Source: Octopus sinensis (lineage: Eukaryota). From it: DNA of 64,000 bases. The translations under genes were made by a program, and so were the position numbers. The stretch spans positions 40,734,001-40,798,000 of the forward strand of contig NC_043004.1 of the NCBI RefSeq assembly GCF_006345805.1. Reading direction: 5' to 3'. The stretch's first letter is position 1. Each line of letters opens with the position of its first letter. Below, piece after piece: positions 50,576 through 62,642 of the stretch. Under the pieces are notes generated by a model. The model made no database searches, had not been told where the DNA came from, and was given only the letters and a program-made list of their open reading frames with translations.

Positions 50576-50983
50576 GGATCTTTTCGGTTTGACGGCAGTT
50601 TTTAACATAATTTCTAGGTAACTAAAAAATTTTAAACTTCGTATATTGATAGAATGCGTTTATAAAACATCTTTTTCTCTTGGCTTTATTGAGAAAATTC
50701 TATAGTTTTTAAGATATTTGTTGTTTTTTTCTTCAATTTCTGCAATTTCAACCAATCAGTGACATCTATTGAGTTAAAAAGCATTCTGTGCTGTATGAAT
50801 ATGTCCCTCATTTAAGAAACAGATTGGGTTTATTTATATTTGTGAAGAAAAAAAGATACCCTTCTCCAACCCCTAACCCTAAAAGAGATAGAAATGCAAT
50901 AGATCGATACTAGGGTCATAATTATGGGTGACAATTTCATATGACACCGCTAGAAAAAACTGCCGTTCAAACTGAAAAGATCC
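50576..50983. mobile_element. Second Merlin-like MITE copy, opposite orientation to 31168
   Basis: Same TIR; 8-bp TSD TATTTCTT on both sides. Confidence 0.85.
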
Positions 50984-50989
50984 TATTTC

Positions 50990-52535
50990 TTTAATTTGTT
51001 TCAGTCATTTGACTGTGGCCATGCTGAGCACTGCCTTGAAGGATTTTAGTAGAACAAATCAACCCCAGGACTTATTTTTTTAAGTCTAGTACTTATTCTA
51101 TTGGTCTCTTTTGCCAAGCCACTAAGTTATGAGGACATAAACACACCAGTACCAGTTGTCAAGTGATGGTGGGGGAACAGTTACACACACACACATACAC
51201 ACATATATAGACCCAGGAAGACATGGTATAAGGTGGTGAAGCACGTTTCTCGAATATTGGGCCTCACAGAAACAATGACATGCAACCGAAGCCTTTGGAG
51301 ATATGCCACGCTTGAGAAGACCAACCATGCCAAATGAGATTGTTGTTGTGGCTGTTGCCAGTGTCGCATAACTGGCTCCTTCAAGCGTTAAAAGCACCCT
51401 TCAATCATTGGGCAATATGATGTGCTTGTGAAGATCTGTCAAACAGAGTGAAATTGTAGTTGTGGCTGATGCCAGTACTGTCTGACCGGCACCTGTGGCA
51501 GTGGCATGTAAAATGTACCGTTCATATCTTGGACCTCATGAGGGCAGTGACGTCACACCAAGTTAAGTTAAGTTAATTTTTTGGCTCAAAAAGCAAAAAG
51601 CAAGGCCATGTAGGGGGACATGGAGTTATGTACAGGGAGGGTGTTAATGCAAAGAGTTCAGGCCATTTCTGGTCAAGAGAGACTTTGAACCAAACAGTTG
51701 TCGGCATCTTCACTATCTCGTCCGGCAGCTTATTCCACGGATCTGCAACCCGAACGGAGAAAGCGCCTCTCCTTCGATTGAGATGAAATCGTCGCAGATA
51801 GAGCTTTTCGGAGTGACCCCGCAGCCGACGCTCTGAAGCAGGAGTGAAGAACAGCTCTTTCGTGAGGTTACACTTTCCGCAGTTGTGACTGATGCCAGTG
51901 TCACATAACTGGCTCATTAAAAGCACCCTTCAATTGTTGGGCAATATGCTGTGCTTGTGAAGGAAGGCCTGTCGAACCAAGCAAAGCTGTGGTTGTTGCC
52001 TATGCCAGTGCCGACGCTAGTACTGATGCTGGAAAGCACTATTCAAGCATTGGGCCTCATGGCGGCAGTGACAGGTGACCGAGACCCTTGGTCATATACC
52101 ATGCTTGTGTTGACCTGTCAAACTAAGTGAGACCGTAGTCATGACTGATGCTGGTGTCAGGTCAATGGCAGACATGCCAGTGGCTTGTAAAAAGCACCCC
52201 TACACTCTCGGAGTGGTTGGCAATAGGAAGGTCATCCAACCATAGAAACCTTGCCAAATGAGATTGGAACTTGCTACAGCCCCTCACCCCCACCCAGCTT
52301 ACTAGTTTTCAGTCAGACCATCCAACCCATGCCAGCATGGAAAGCAGACGTTAAATGATGATGATGATGATGATGACAGGCTTTTTTCAGTTTCTGTCTA
52401 CCAAGTCCACTCACAAGGCTCTGGTTTTCCCAAGACTATAGTAAAAGACACTTGCTCAAAGTGCCACACAGTAGGACTGAACCTGAAACCATGTGGTTGG
52501 GAAGCAAGCTTCTAACCACACAGCCACACTTGTCC
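50990..52535. mobile_element. Nested structure: SINE A (-) containing an RTE 3' region (+, about 51190-52376), which contains a CR1 end
   Basis: SINE halves at 50990-51190 and 52376-52535. Confidence 0.72.
51561..51880 (-). pseudogene. CR1-clade LINE 3' end with (TTAAC)n tail
   Basis: RLRGHSEKL..RRFHLNRRRGAFSVRVADPWNKLPDEIV...FKVSLD. Confidence 0.85.
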
Positions 52536-53071
52536 CTATAGTGTGTTCAATATAAATATTAAACAAAAGAAGGATCACTGTTAAAAACTAAATTCCTGCT
52601 GTGTTAGAATTCAGAGTGGAGGAGTATAAAATCTTCTTCAGGGCCTCCGAGACTGGTGAGAAAAAACAGGGATTGGGTTATGGTTAGCCAGAGACCTGGC
52701 TTAATCCCCTTGTTACCATATTTCTGTTGAAACATGCTGCTTTTGCAACAGTTAATTTTGAAAATAATAAAGAATTAAGTAAAATACCTTTGTCATATGT
52801 GAAGGTGTGTGGCTGTTGCACTCGCAATTGCTAAATTTTGGGTTCAGTTCCCTGACTTGGCGGTGTGTTGTCTTCTTGAGCAAAACATTTCATTTCACAT
52901 TGCTCCAGTCCCCTTTTCAGTCAGAGGGAAATGTTGGCCTGCTCACCTAGCCAGCAGGGTGGTGTCATTTGAAGGCTAAAACAATGCAAGAAGCACATTG
53001 TGACCAACAACGGGTAACATTTCACGTCCTGGTCAGTCACATGATCACAGGACCTTTGTCATTATTAAGCC

Positions 53072-53735
53072 TTTAGCTTTTAAAACAGCCATATCCGACC
53101 AAAATTTTCAACCTGTTTTATATTGAAACTGACCACATCCAACCTCTCACACTTACTCTACAATGTCATTCTAAAAATAGTCACATTATATAAATCTCAA
53201 AGCTATGAGAGGGTACTAAGAGCACCATATGAGCGTAATCATTGCCAGAGCAGCTAACTGGCTTCCATGCCGGTGGCATGTAGGAGGCACCATTTGAGCG
53301 GGATCATTACCAGCATCACCTTACTGGCACTTGTGCCATTGGCATGTGTAAAAAATTCGAGCGAGGTCGTTGCCAGTACCGCCTGACTGGCCCGTGTGTA
53401 AAAATTCAAGCGAGGTCATTGCCAGTACCGCCTGACTGGCCCATGTGTAAAAATTCGAGCGAAGTCATTTCCAGTACCGCCTGACTGGCCCCCATGCCGG
53501 TGGCACGTAAAAAGCACCCACTACACTCTCGGAGTGGTTGGCATTAGGAAGGGCATCCAGCTGTAGAAACTCTGCCAGATCAAGACTGGAGCTTGGTGCA
53601 GCCATCTGGTTCGCCAGCCCACAGTCAAACCGGCCCACCCATGCTAGCATGGAAAGCGGACGTTAAACGACGACGATGATGATGTGAATAAATAAGCATT
53701 GCAATTAACAGAATAATCTGAATGCTAAAGAGTTG
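53072..53735. mobile_element. MITE P2 split by an RTE tail (+, 53215-53685) carrying three 48-bp repeats
   Basis: MITE halves flank the RTE; unit TGTAAAAATTCGAGCGAGGTCGTTGCCAGTACCGCCTGACTGGCCC. Confidence 0.7.
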
Positions 53736-54009
53736 AGCTGTCAGCAAAATCCCAGAGTTGGTAGCACAGACAAAATGCTTAACAACATTTCTTCCGGCTC
53801 TTTTTGTTCTGAGATCAAATTCTGTTGAAGTCTGCTCTGCCTTTTATTCTTTCAGTGGGCAACAGAATAAGTACTAGTTGAGCACTGGGGTTGATGTAAT
53901 CAATTAGACCCTAATCCCTCAAAATCTCAGGCCTTGTGCTTTTAAGTAGAGGTGCTTGGAACCTTAATTAATATGACATTTTGTCGAATTTTAATTTAGG
54001 TCACTTTAA

Positions 54010-54440
54010 CTCTTTAGTGTTCAGATTATTCAATCAAACATAATGCCTATTGATTCCCATTGATTTAAATTAATCATGCATTATCTCATATCTTCAAGAT
54101 CTTGATGGTGTAATTACATAATGTAGAATAACATTGTAGGGTAGGTGTGAGAGCCTGGATCTGGTCAGTTTGAACATAAAACAGATTAACTATTTAGGCT
54201 GGATATGGCTGGTTTAAATACTAAAGGGTTAAACCAACTATATCCAGCCTAAATATTCTACCTGTTTTATGCTCAAACTAGCCAGATTTGGCCTCCCCCA
54301 TCTACTCTACAATATCATACTAAAAATATGCAATCACATCATTAAAATTTCAAAGCTATGAGATAATGCATGATTAATTCAAAACAAAATAATTAATTAA
54401 GCATTGCATTTGGCAGAATAACCTAAATGCCAATGGGTTT
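54010..54440. mobile_element. MITE P2 (54010-54228, TTAA-flanked) abutting an inverted second copy (54233-54440)
   Basis: TTAA-CTCTTTAGT...ACTAAAGGG-TTAA, followed by a reverse-complement copy. Confidence 0.75.
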
Positions 54441-54459
54441 GTAGCATAGGACCAGATCT

Positions 54460-54812
54460 CATCATCATTGTTCGACCGTGGTCAAGACAATGAAATTTAC
54501 CATGCTACGCCAGACTTCACGGTCCATCACGGCATGACAGAGGTCCTGTTGCTGGATGCCTGTATCCTGGAGATTACATCAGGGTAGGAGAGTGTGCGCC
54601 CTCTGGTATTGCGAGTAGATGGCTTCCAGAGGAGAAGAGTAGAAATTACCTCTTTTTCAGCTCTACAACAATGTCCAGCAAACTGGACTCTCCTACCTTT
54701 CACAAGAGATGACACAGGTGGTAGTTTCCCATATATTTGCATTTTGGTTGGATGGCGCCTCCACGAGAGATTTTGATGGACCAGAACTGGTTGCAGACAT
54801 GCTGATATCAAA
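54460..54812 (-). pseudogene. Second RTE-like (RTE-X type) LINE 3' end
   Basis: NLSWRRHPT..QIYGKLPPVSSLV..RRVQFAGHC.RA..EVISTLLLWKP; (GAT)n tail. Confidence 0.8.
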
Positions 54813-55624
54813 ATGGTAACATTTGTACTTCATCAAAACCACACAGGGGTCAAGTGAAAATGTTAAACCTGAAGTCTACATATTAAGTCTACCAAGTGGT
54901 TGTTTAGCACCAAATCAGTCCTGATCAAGTAAATTTATGATCAAAGGCATTCTGGCCATGACCATCCTGTTTGTTTTTGTTGTTTTACAAATACGGTACC
55001 CCAGACTACATTATTCAATCCACCATTTTTTAAGACAGTAGGGAAATTTTGCTGCTATTTCTAGCATATCACACGACTATAAAAGAACTCCTCGTAGGTG
55101 TACTGCTGACTTGGCTAACTTCACTGACAAATAAACACTTGTTAATAATTCCTTTGTTTGCATTACAGATAATCCTTATTTACATTCTAATATTTTAAAC
55201 GTGGATTAAAGAGATAATCCAGGATTAATAGTTATTTATTGTTTGGTTACCAAGGATGAAGATATTTGGGTAATTACTTTTACGTTGTCATTTAAACCCA
55301 GGTCATCCCTGGTCAAGCAAACTTATCAAAGATATTCAATCCTTGACCATTCCAGGTAGGTTCTGATGATGTAAACCCTTGATTAAAAGTGTTCCAGTTA
55401 TGACCATGCAGTCTTATTGTATATATAGTACTTTACTGGCCCATGGGTTCCATTCTTAAGATTGTGTGATGTGATCTGAGGGTTGTTTTGTTTCTATTTC
55501 TAGCAAGCCAAGCAACTATGTGGATGTTTATTGCTTTGTATAATTCTCTCTTTATGTGTAAGTCTGTAAGTAGGTTGGTGTGTATGTGAAGGCAGCGAAT
55601 TGGCAGAATTGTTTACATGCAAGG

Positions 55625-55910
55625 CAAAAATATTCTTTTACTTTTTTCAGTCACTTGACTGTGGCCATGCTGGAGCACCATCTTTGGTCAAGCAAATCAA
55701 ACCCCACGACTTTTTCTTTGTAAGCCTAGTACTTATTACAGGGTCATAAACACACCACCATCGGTTGTCAAGTGATGTTGTAGGGACAAACACACAAACA
55801 TACACACACACACATATATGCGATGGCTTCTTTCAGTTTCCGTCAACCAAATCCACTCACATAGCTTTGGTTGGCCCGAGGCTACAGTAGAAGACACTTG
55901 CCCAAAGTGC
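55625..55910 (-). mobile_element. SINE family A, partial
   Basis: Match to other copies. Confidence 0.78.
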
Positions 55911-56499
55911 CTTGTGCATAACATCTGAAGAGCGGACTGCATTTGTATGTTTTTTTTTTGGAGGCAACAGGCGCCTTTCCTCAGGGAAGTATTTCTCCTT
56001 AAGACCCCTCTAGTTTTGGCGGGATCTCAGGTGAACAGACTAGCAGTTTGTACCATCCTCCCACTGCAAACATTTGCTTTACAGGTAAAATTTGCAGGTC
56101 CTTGAGTTCACTCCAAATTTCTTCGCTAGGGTTTCGGTTTCCATCGGAGCCTCCATATTTCAGTTTTCTGTTTTTTGTTTGGTGGTTTGGGATTTTGGTT
56201 TTAGTTATTACATTTTTGTCCCCTTCATTCTTTATGTTTGTACTTGTGTTCTTCCCTTCCTTTTCTGGTGGTAGCACTTGCATTCCTCTGGCTGTCCAGT
56301 GGAGTGAGGACACTGTTCCTGTGCAGGACCACTGGCACACAGGGACTTCTGGTTGTTGCTCCCTTAGCATCCCTATCCTTACCAGCCTGGTTGTTCGCAG
56401 GGGTGGGATATCCAATATTGTGTGTATATATATATGTATGTGTGTATGTATATATATATATATATACATATACACACACACACATATATATATTGTATA

Positions 56500-56531
<32 letters not shown>

Positions 56532-56535
56532 AAAA

Positions 56536-57333
56536 CATTGGTCAGAGAACAAACATCAAATTTGAGTCAACAACTTTATACATAACACCACACCTCCAAA
56601 CATTTGATCATATATAAATATTACCAGAGCCTTTCAACATATAACGAATATATATATATAAAAAACACAGAAGGTAAAAAATATAAATGCAAATAAAAAT
56701 ACAGATACATAGAACGGCCTATCAAGAAGGTATGCAGAATCGACTAAAAATTCTAAAATGTGTCATGTGACTAAAAATCTAAATAAAATGCAACACCAAT
56801 TGACTAAAAAGATTTTTCATACTCACCTCAAACAAAAAAATATATGTCAAAAAAAGTTCATTTCATAAAAACCATGGTTGGAGTCAAGGAGCGTAAAAGA
56901 ATTTCACAAAATCAAGTCAAACACATCTACAGCCATTTTGGGAATTCACTGCCACATTTCTATTACGAGTTAAGGTGCATCGCTGCAGTGACACCCTCAT
57001 CAGATTGAACAGGGATGTCAAAAAATTATTTTTTATTTGAGGGGAGTGTGAAAAATCTTTTTAGTAAATTGATATTTTACTTTATTTAGATTTTCAGTCA
57101 CATGACACGTTTTAGAATTTTTAGTCAATTGTATATACCTTATTGATAGGCCGTTATATATATAAACGTATTTTTATTTGCATATATATTTCTTACCTTC
57201 TGTGTTTTTTATACATATATTCTTTATATGTTGAAAGGCCATGGTAATATTTACATACGATCAAATATTTTGGAGGCGTGATGTTATGTAGAAAGTCGTT
57301 GACTCAAATTTGATGTTTGTTCTCTGATCAATG
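56536..57333. mobile_element. Foldback element: inverted arms of about 305 bp around a spacer of about 180 bp containing a decayed hammerhead (-, about 56925-57007)
   Basis: Arms roughly 80-85 percent identical; CTGATGA-GGG...CCC-AAAA-TGGCTGTA resembles GAAAC-RGCT-GTA at 42423. Confidence 0.8.
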
Positions 57334-58052
57334 CTTTTTTTTATCTCTGTCTCAATTACATTTGAGCATTTCTTTTTCGCAGTCTTATAAACCATTTTGT
57401 CTCCATAAAAACAGGCAAAAATTATCTCATTGTGTATACATATATATATATATACATATACAATATATACATATATATATACACACACACACATAATGTA
57501 TATGTATATATATATATATATATATACTGTGTGTGTGTGTATATATATATATATATACACATGCACACATAATGTATATATATATAAAATTAGTGTACAT
57601 TTATACACAAAAGAGGTGACCCTAACAGGGCACCTTACATGCTAAAAGGAGCAGTCAAAGCCCAAACCACAGTTAAGAGTAATTTCGAAGGGGATGAAAA
57701 ATAAACATACTTTCAATAGTTACCACATGTACCTAGGGTTCAAACATCAATGAACAAATAAACTAATTTGCTATCCATGTTCTTTCTCTTCAGCATGGGT
57801 GCTATGATTAACATATAATTATGGGACAAATAGACAGCACGTCTCATCTTTATACATTGTAATTTTTCAAGTCCATCACGCAAGTGCAGTTATAGTTGAC
57901 AGCAAATGAAAATATATGTTCCAACTTTTTTCAAAATTATGAAAGTTATATTAACAATATAAGGTAGAAAAATTAGAGAAATTTTCTACCAGTGACCAGT
58001 ATGCATAAACTAGTCAAAAGACAACATATTTTTCATATAAAATTAGTGTACA

Positions 58053-60460
58053 TCATCATCATCATCATCATTTAACGTCCGCTTTAAATGCTAGTATGGG
58101 TTGGACAATTTGACTGAGGTCTGGCGAACCAGACTCCAATCTGATCTGGCAGAGTTTCTACATCTGGATGCCCCGAGAGTGTAGTAGGTGCTTTTACGTG
58201 CCACCGGCAGGATGGCCAGTTTGGTGGTACTGGCAACGGCCACGCCCAAATGGTGCTTTTTACGTGCCACCTGCACAGGAGCCAGTCCAGCGGCACTGGC
58301 GACGACCTCGCTCGAATATTTCACATGCCACCAGCACAAGTGCTGGTAGGGCAATGCCGTAATGATCACACTTGAATGGTGTGCTTAACGTGCCATCGGC
58401 ACGGAGGACAGCTTGTTGCTCTGGTAATGATCTCACTCGTATGGTACTCTTAGCGCTCCATTAGCAACGGATGCCAGTCACCGAATTTGATTTCAACACA
58501 CAAAAGATATGAGCTTAACAGGACACCTTACATGCTAAAAGGAGAACACGAATAGCAAATTAGTTTATTTATTCATTTATATAATGTGGGTATAGACACA
58601 TATCTCCTCTACACCCAGACACCTGTTCCTATCTTGGTATCATACTTTAGTCTTGTCAACATCTGGCACAAAGCCACCTCCCTCAAGACTGCATCGCTAC
58701 TCAGACAAGGGATCTAGTTTTGTGGCCTAAGTGCCAGTGCCGCAAAAAATAGCATCCAGTAACGTTTGTAAAGTGGTTGGCATTAGGGAGGGCATCCACA
58801 CTGAGGAAGACAATGAAACTCAACACAGTTCTCTCATCATTACTTAGAGTCCATTTTCCATGCTGGCATGGGTGAGATGGTTTGAGTGGAACTGGAAAGC
58901 CAGAGAGCTGCACCAAGCTCCAGTCTGTTTTCGTTTGGTTTCTACAGCCGGATGCCCTTCCTAACACCAACTACTCTAAAGAGTGTACTGGGTGCCTTTA
59001 ACACATCACTGGTACCAGCTACAACTACAATTCCACTAAGCTTGATGAGGACAGCTGTGTACAGAAGTGCCAATCTCTAACTGTGGAGGGGAACCTGTGG
59101 AAGAGGTAGGCCCAGAGGGACATGGAATGAGATGCTAAAATATGATCTTTGAATGCTGAGCCACATGGAGGTAATGACAAGTGACTGAGGTTGTTGGCGA
59201 TCTGCTGTGCTTGAGGAGACACATCAAACTTAGTTCTCTGGCTTGTCAAATTGTCAAGCCATCCAACCCATGCTAGCATGAGAAACGAGAAACAGATGTT
59301 AAATCATTTTGAATAGTATCATCCTAATCTAATGTGATACAGCAGGGGGTACCTAAGTACACTGTGGATTTCTATTTCTTTGTTTAAATATAATTTAATC
59401 TTTCAGAAAATTAATACTAATACTTGGATGTGTCGAACAAATTTGTCATTCATAATTTTGTTATACACAAATAGGATTAATAAAACAAAACAATTTTCTA
59501 TATCTTTCTTTTCTCAAGTTTTAACAGTAAAACAGTTTTCTCCAACTTTCCAAGCAAAATGTGCTAGCAATGTTTTTATTGAATTTCAAATACATCAATA
59601 ATTTTTTTTAAAAATTTAATCTCCAGTGCACCACCAAATTAAAATGATAGAAAAATCACTGCTTTAAACAAACCCATATATGGTCATTTGAGTTGCTAGA
59701 AATAATAAACCAAATCTCATTCAAATTAAATATTACCAGCCTAAATAGAGAGGAATATATTGTATAATGTAGTCTGATATATAAATAAAAGATAAGATGG
59801 TTATGACTAGAATGCTCTTGATCACAGATTTCCTCAATCAGGGTTGACCTGGGGTTAAACAACAACCACTGTATGGTTATAATTAAAGCACATGCCAGTA
59901 ACATGTTGAAGGCACCCATCATCATCATTGTTTAACGTCCGCTTTCCATGCTAGCATGGGTTGGACGGTTCAACTGGGGTCTGGGAAGCCAGAAGGCTGC
60001 ACCAGGCCCAGTCTGATCTGGCAGTGTTTCTACAGCTGGATGCCCTTCCTAACGCCAACCACTCCATGAGTGTAGTGGGTGCTTTTTATGTGCCACCGGC
60101 ACAGGTGCCAGACGAGGCTGGCAAACGGCCATGATTGGATGGTGCTTTTTACGTGCCACCGGCACTGGTATCACAGCTACAAATTCCATTGATGTTGATC
60201 GATTTTGATTTTCACTTGCCTCAACAAGTCTTCACAAGTAGAGTTTTGTGTCCATACCAGTGACAAACTGAAAGCACCCATGCCAGTGATATGTAAAAGG
60301 CACCCAGTACACACTAATGTGGTTGGCATTAGGAAGGGCATCAGGCTGTAGAAACCATGCTAAAATAGACTAGAGCCTAGTGCAGCTCTCTGACTTACCA
60401 GTTCCAGATGCATTGTCTAACTCTTACCAGCATGGAAAACAGACACTAAATGGTGATGAT
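58053..60460. mobile_element. Several RTE 3' fragments in both orientations (58053-58490 -, 58830-59030 -, 59085-59290 +, 59920-60250 -, 60255-60460 +)
   Basis: Conserved RTE tail motifs. Confidence 0.75.
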
Positions 60461-60633
60461 GCATATGGCCAACAATTTTAAGAGGCATAGACAGTTACAT
60501 CAAGCTCAGTATACGGTTGGTATTTTACGTTCTTTGTTGAAATCCCACTGAAGTCAAATTTGCTTTCCACACTTTCAAGATAAATAAAAAAGAGAACCAG
60601 AAACACTATTAGGCGTTCTCTCTGATGCTTTAA

Positions 60634-60854
60634 CCCTTTCGTTACCAACCCGGCTGAAACCGGCTCTGGCTCTGTAGTACAAATGTCTTGTTATTATAAA
60701 TTTTGAATTAAAATCTTCCGCCAAACCTTAGTCACAATTTATGTTCCTAATACTAGTTTAATGATAACGAAGTTATTTTACTAAATTCTTTGTTATATCT
60801 AAAATAATTGAAGGAAACACAGAACATCTCAAAACAAATACGGTATTGAAAGGG
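60634..60854. mobile_element. piggyBac-like MITE P1, second copy
   Basis: TTAA TSD and CCCTTT TIR; similar to 38544-38765. Confidence 0.9.
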
Positions 60855-61008
60855 TTAATGATTCTTCCACCTTTGCCACCTTTTGTACGGTTACCATGAC
60901 TGATTCCATACCAGCCTTCTCTATAACATTTCAGTCTTATCCACATCTGGATAATCAAGCCCAAAGTATCAATCTTCCTCACAGGTGATGATCTCACAGC
61001 CAATTACA

Positions 61009-61217
61009 GGTAAGTTCACTGCAGGGAAAGTTCAACATGAAGAAAATTTACCACGAGGAAAGTTCAACGCAAGGAAAGTTTACTGAAAAAAATATATCCA
61101 TAGTCTCTCACCGTTAATAGTTAAAAACTATTCTATTGAAAAAGAGGTGAATTGAGGACAGTGAACTTTCCCAGTGGTGAATTGAAGATGGTGAGCTATC
61201 CCTGTGGTGAACTTACC
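61009..61217. mobile_element. Unclassified MITE with subterminal short repeats
   Basis: TIR GGTAAGTTCAC.GCAGGGA / TCCCTGTGGTGAACTTACC; repeated GGAAAGTTCAAC; no clear TSD. Confidence 0.65.
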
Positions 61218-61424
61218 ATACATGCTCTCAGTTACATCTTAGAACATTGACAATGATAGTGTATCATCATCATCATTTAATGTCTGCTTTCTATGCTGGC
61301 ATGGGTTGGACGGTTTGACAAGAGACAGTAAGTCAGACGACTGTGCCAAACTCTACTGTCTGTGTGTGATTTTTACAGCTAGATGCCCTATCTGTCTACA
61401 AAATCAATATTTCATTGTTACACA

Positions 61425-62642
61425 TAGGAGTGGCTGTGTGGTAAGTAGCTTGTTTACGAACCACATGGTTCCGGATTCAGTCCCATTGCTTGGCACCTTG
61501 GGCAAGTGCCTTCTACTATAGCCTTGGGTCGACCAAAGCCTTGTGAGTGGATTTGGTAGATGGAAACTGAAAGAAGCCCATTGTATATATATATATGTGT
61601 GTGTGTGTGCGTCTATGTTTGTCCCCCCAACATTGCTTGACAGCCAATGGTGGTGTGTTTACGTCCCCGTAACTTAGCTGTTCAGCAAAAGAGAATGATA
61701 GAATAAGTACTAGGCTTACAAAGAATAAGTCCTGGGGTCGATTTGCTCGACTAAAGGTGGTGCTCCAGCATGGCCACAGTCAAATGACTGAAACAAGTAA
61801 AAGAGTAAAAGAGAGTATGTAAATGAAATACATTAGGGAATAAATGACTCAGAGAATTAAGCTTATTTTTTTGCTGCAGTTGTGTCATTCAGTGGAGGTT
61901 TCCAATGAGCCAATCACTGAGTTATTGTATTTTTAACAGAAATACCATAAGAGCCTTCCAAATAGGAAAGCGTTGTGCTAGAAAGAGCAGTAGAAGTCTC
62001 AAAAACCACAAAAAGGATAAATTCTCGAAAGGAATGAAAATTAAAAACGTTTACCATCTCAACTACATTCCTTTTGAGAATTTATCCTTTTTGTGGTTTT
62101 TGAGATTTCTACTGCTCTTTCTAGCACAACACTTTCCTATTTGGAAGCCTCTTATTGTATTTCTATATGAATAATATATAATTAGTCTAATGACTAATTC
62201 GTTTTTGTGCTAGGCCTCTGGTAATAATAATTTATTATTACCCTATGTATTATACTCTTTTACTTGTTTCAGTCATTTGACTGCGGCCATGCGGGAGCAC
62301 CACCTTTAATCGAGCAACTCGACCCCGGGACTTATTCTTTTGTAAGCCCAGTACTTATTCCATTGGTCTCTTTTGCCGAACCGCTAAGTGACGGGGACGT
62401 AAACACACCAGCATCGGTTGTCAAGCAATGCTAGGGGGACAAACACAGACACACAAACACATACATATATATATATATATATATACATATATACGACAGG
62501 CTTCTTTCAGTTTCCGTCTACCAAATCCACTCACAAGGCATTGGTCGGCCCGGGGCTATAGCAGAAGACACTTGCCCAAGATGCCACGCAGTGGGACTGA
62601 ACCCGGAACCATGTGGTTGGTTAGCAAGCTACTTACCACACA
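61425..62642. mobile_element. Two SINE A copies in inverted orientation (+ 61425-61815; - 62255-62642)
   Basis: Both near full length. Confidence 0.88.
61938..62164. repeat. Long hairpin: 99-bp arms, 5 mismatches, 29-nt loop
   Basis: 61938-62036 vs reverse complement of 62066-62164. Confidence 0.93.
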
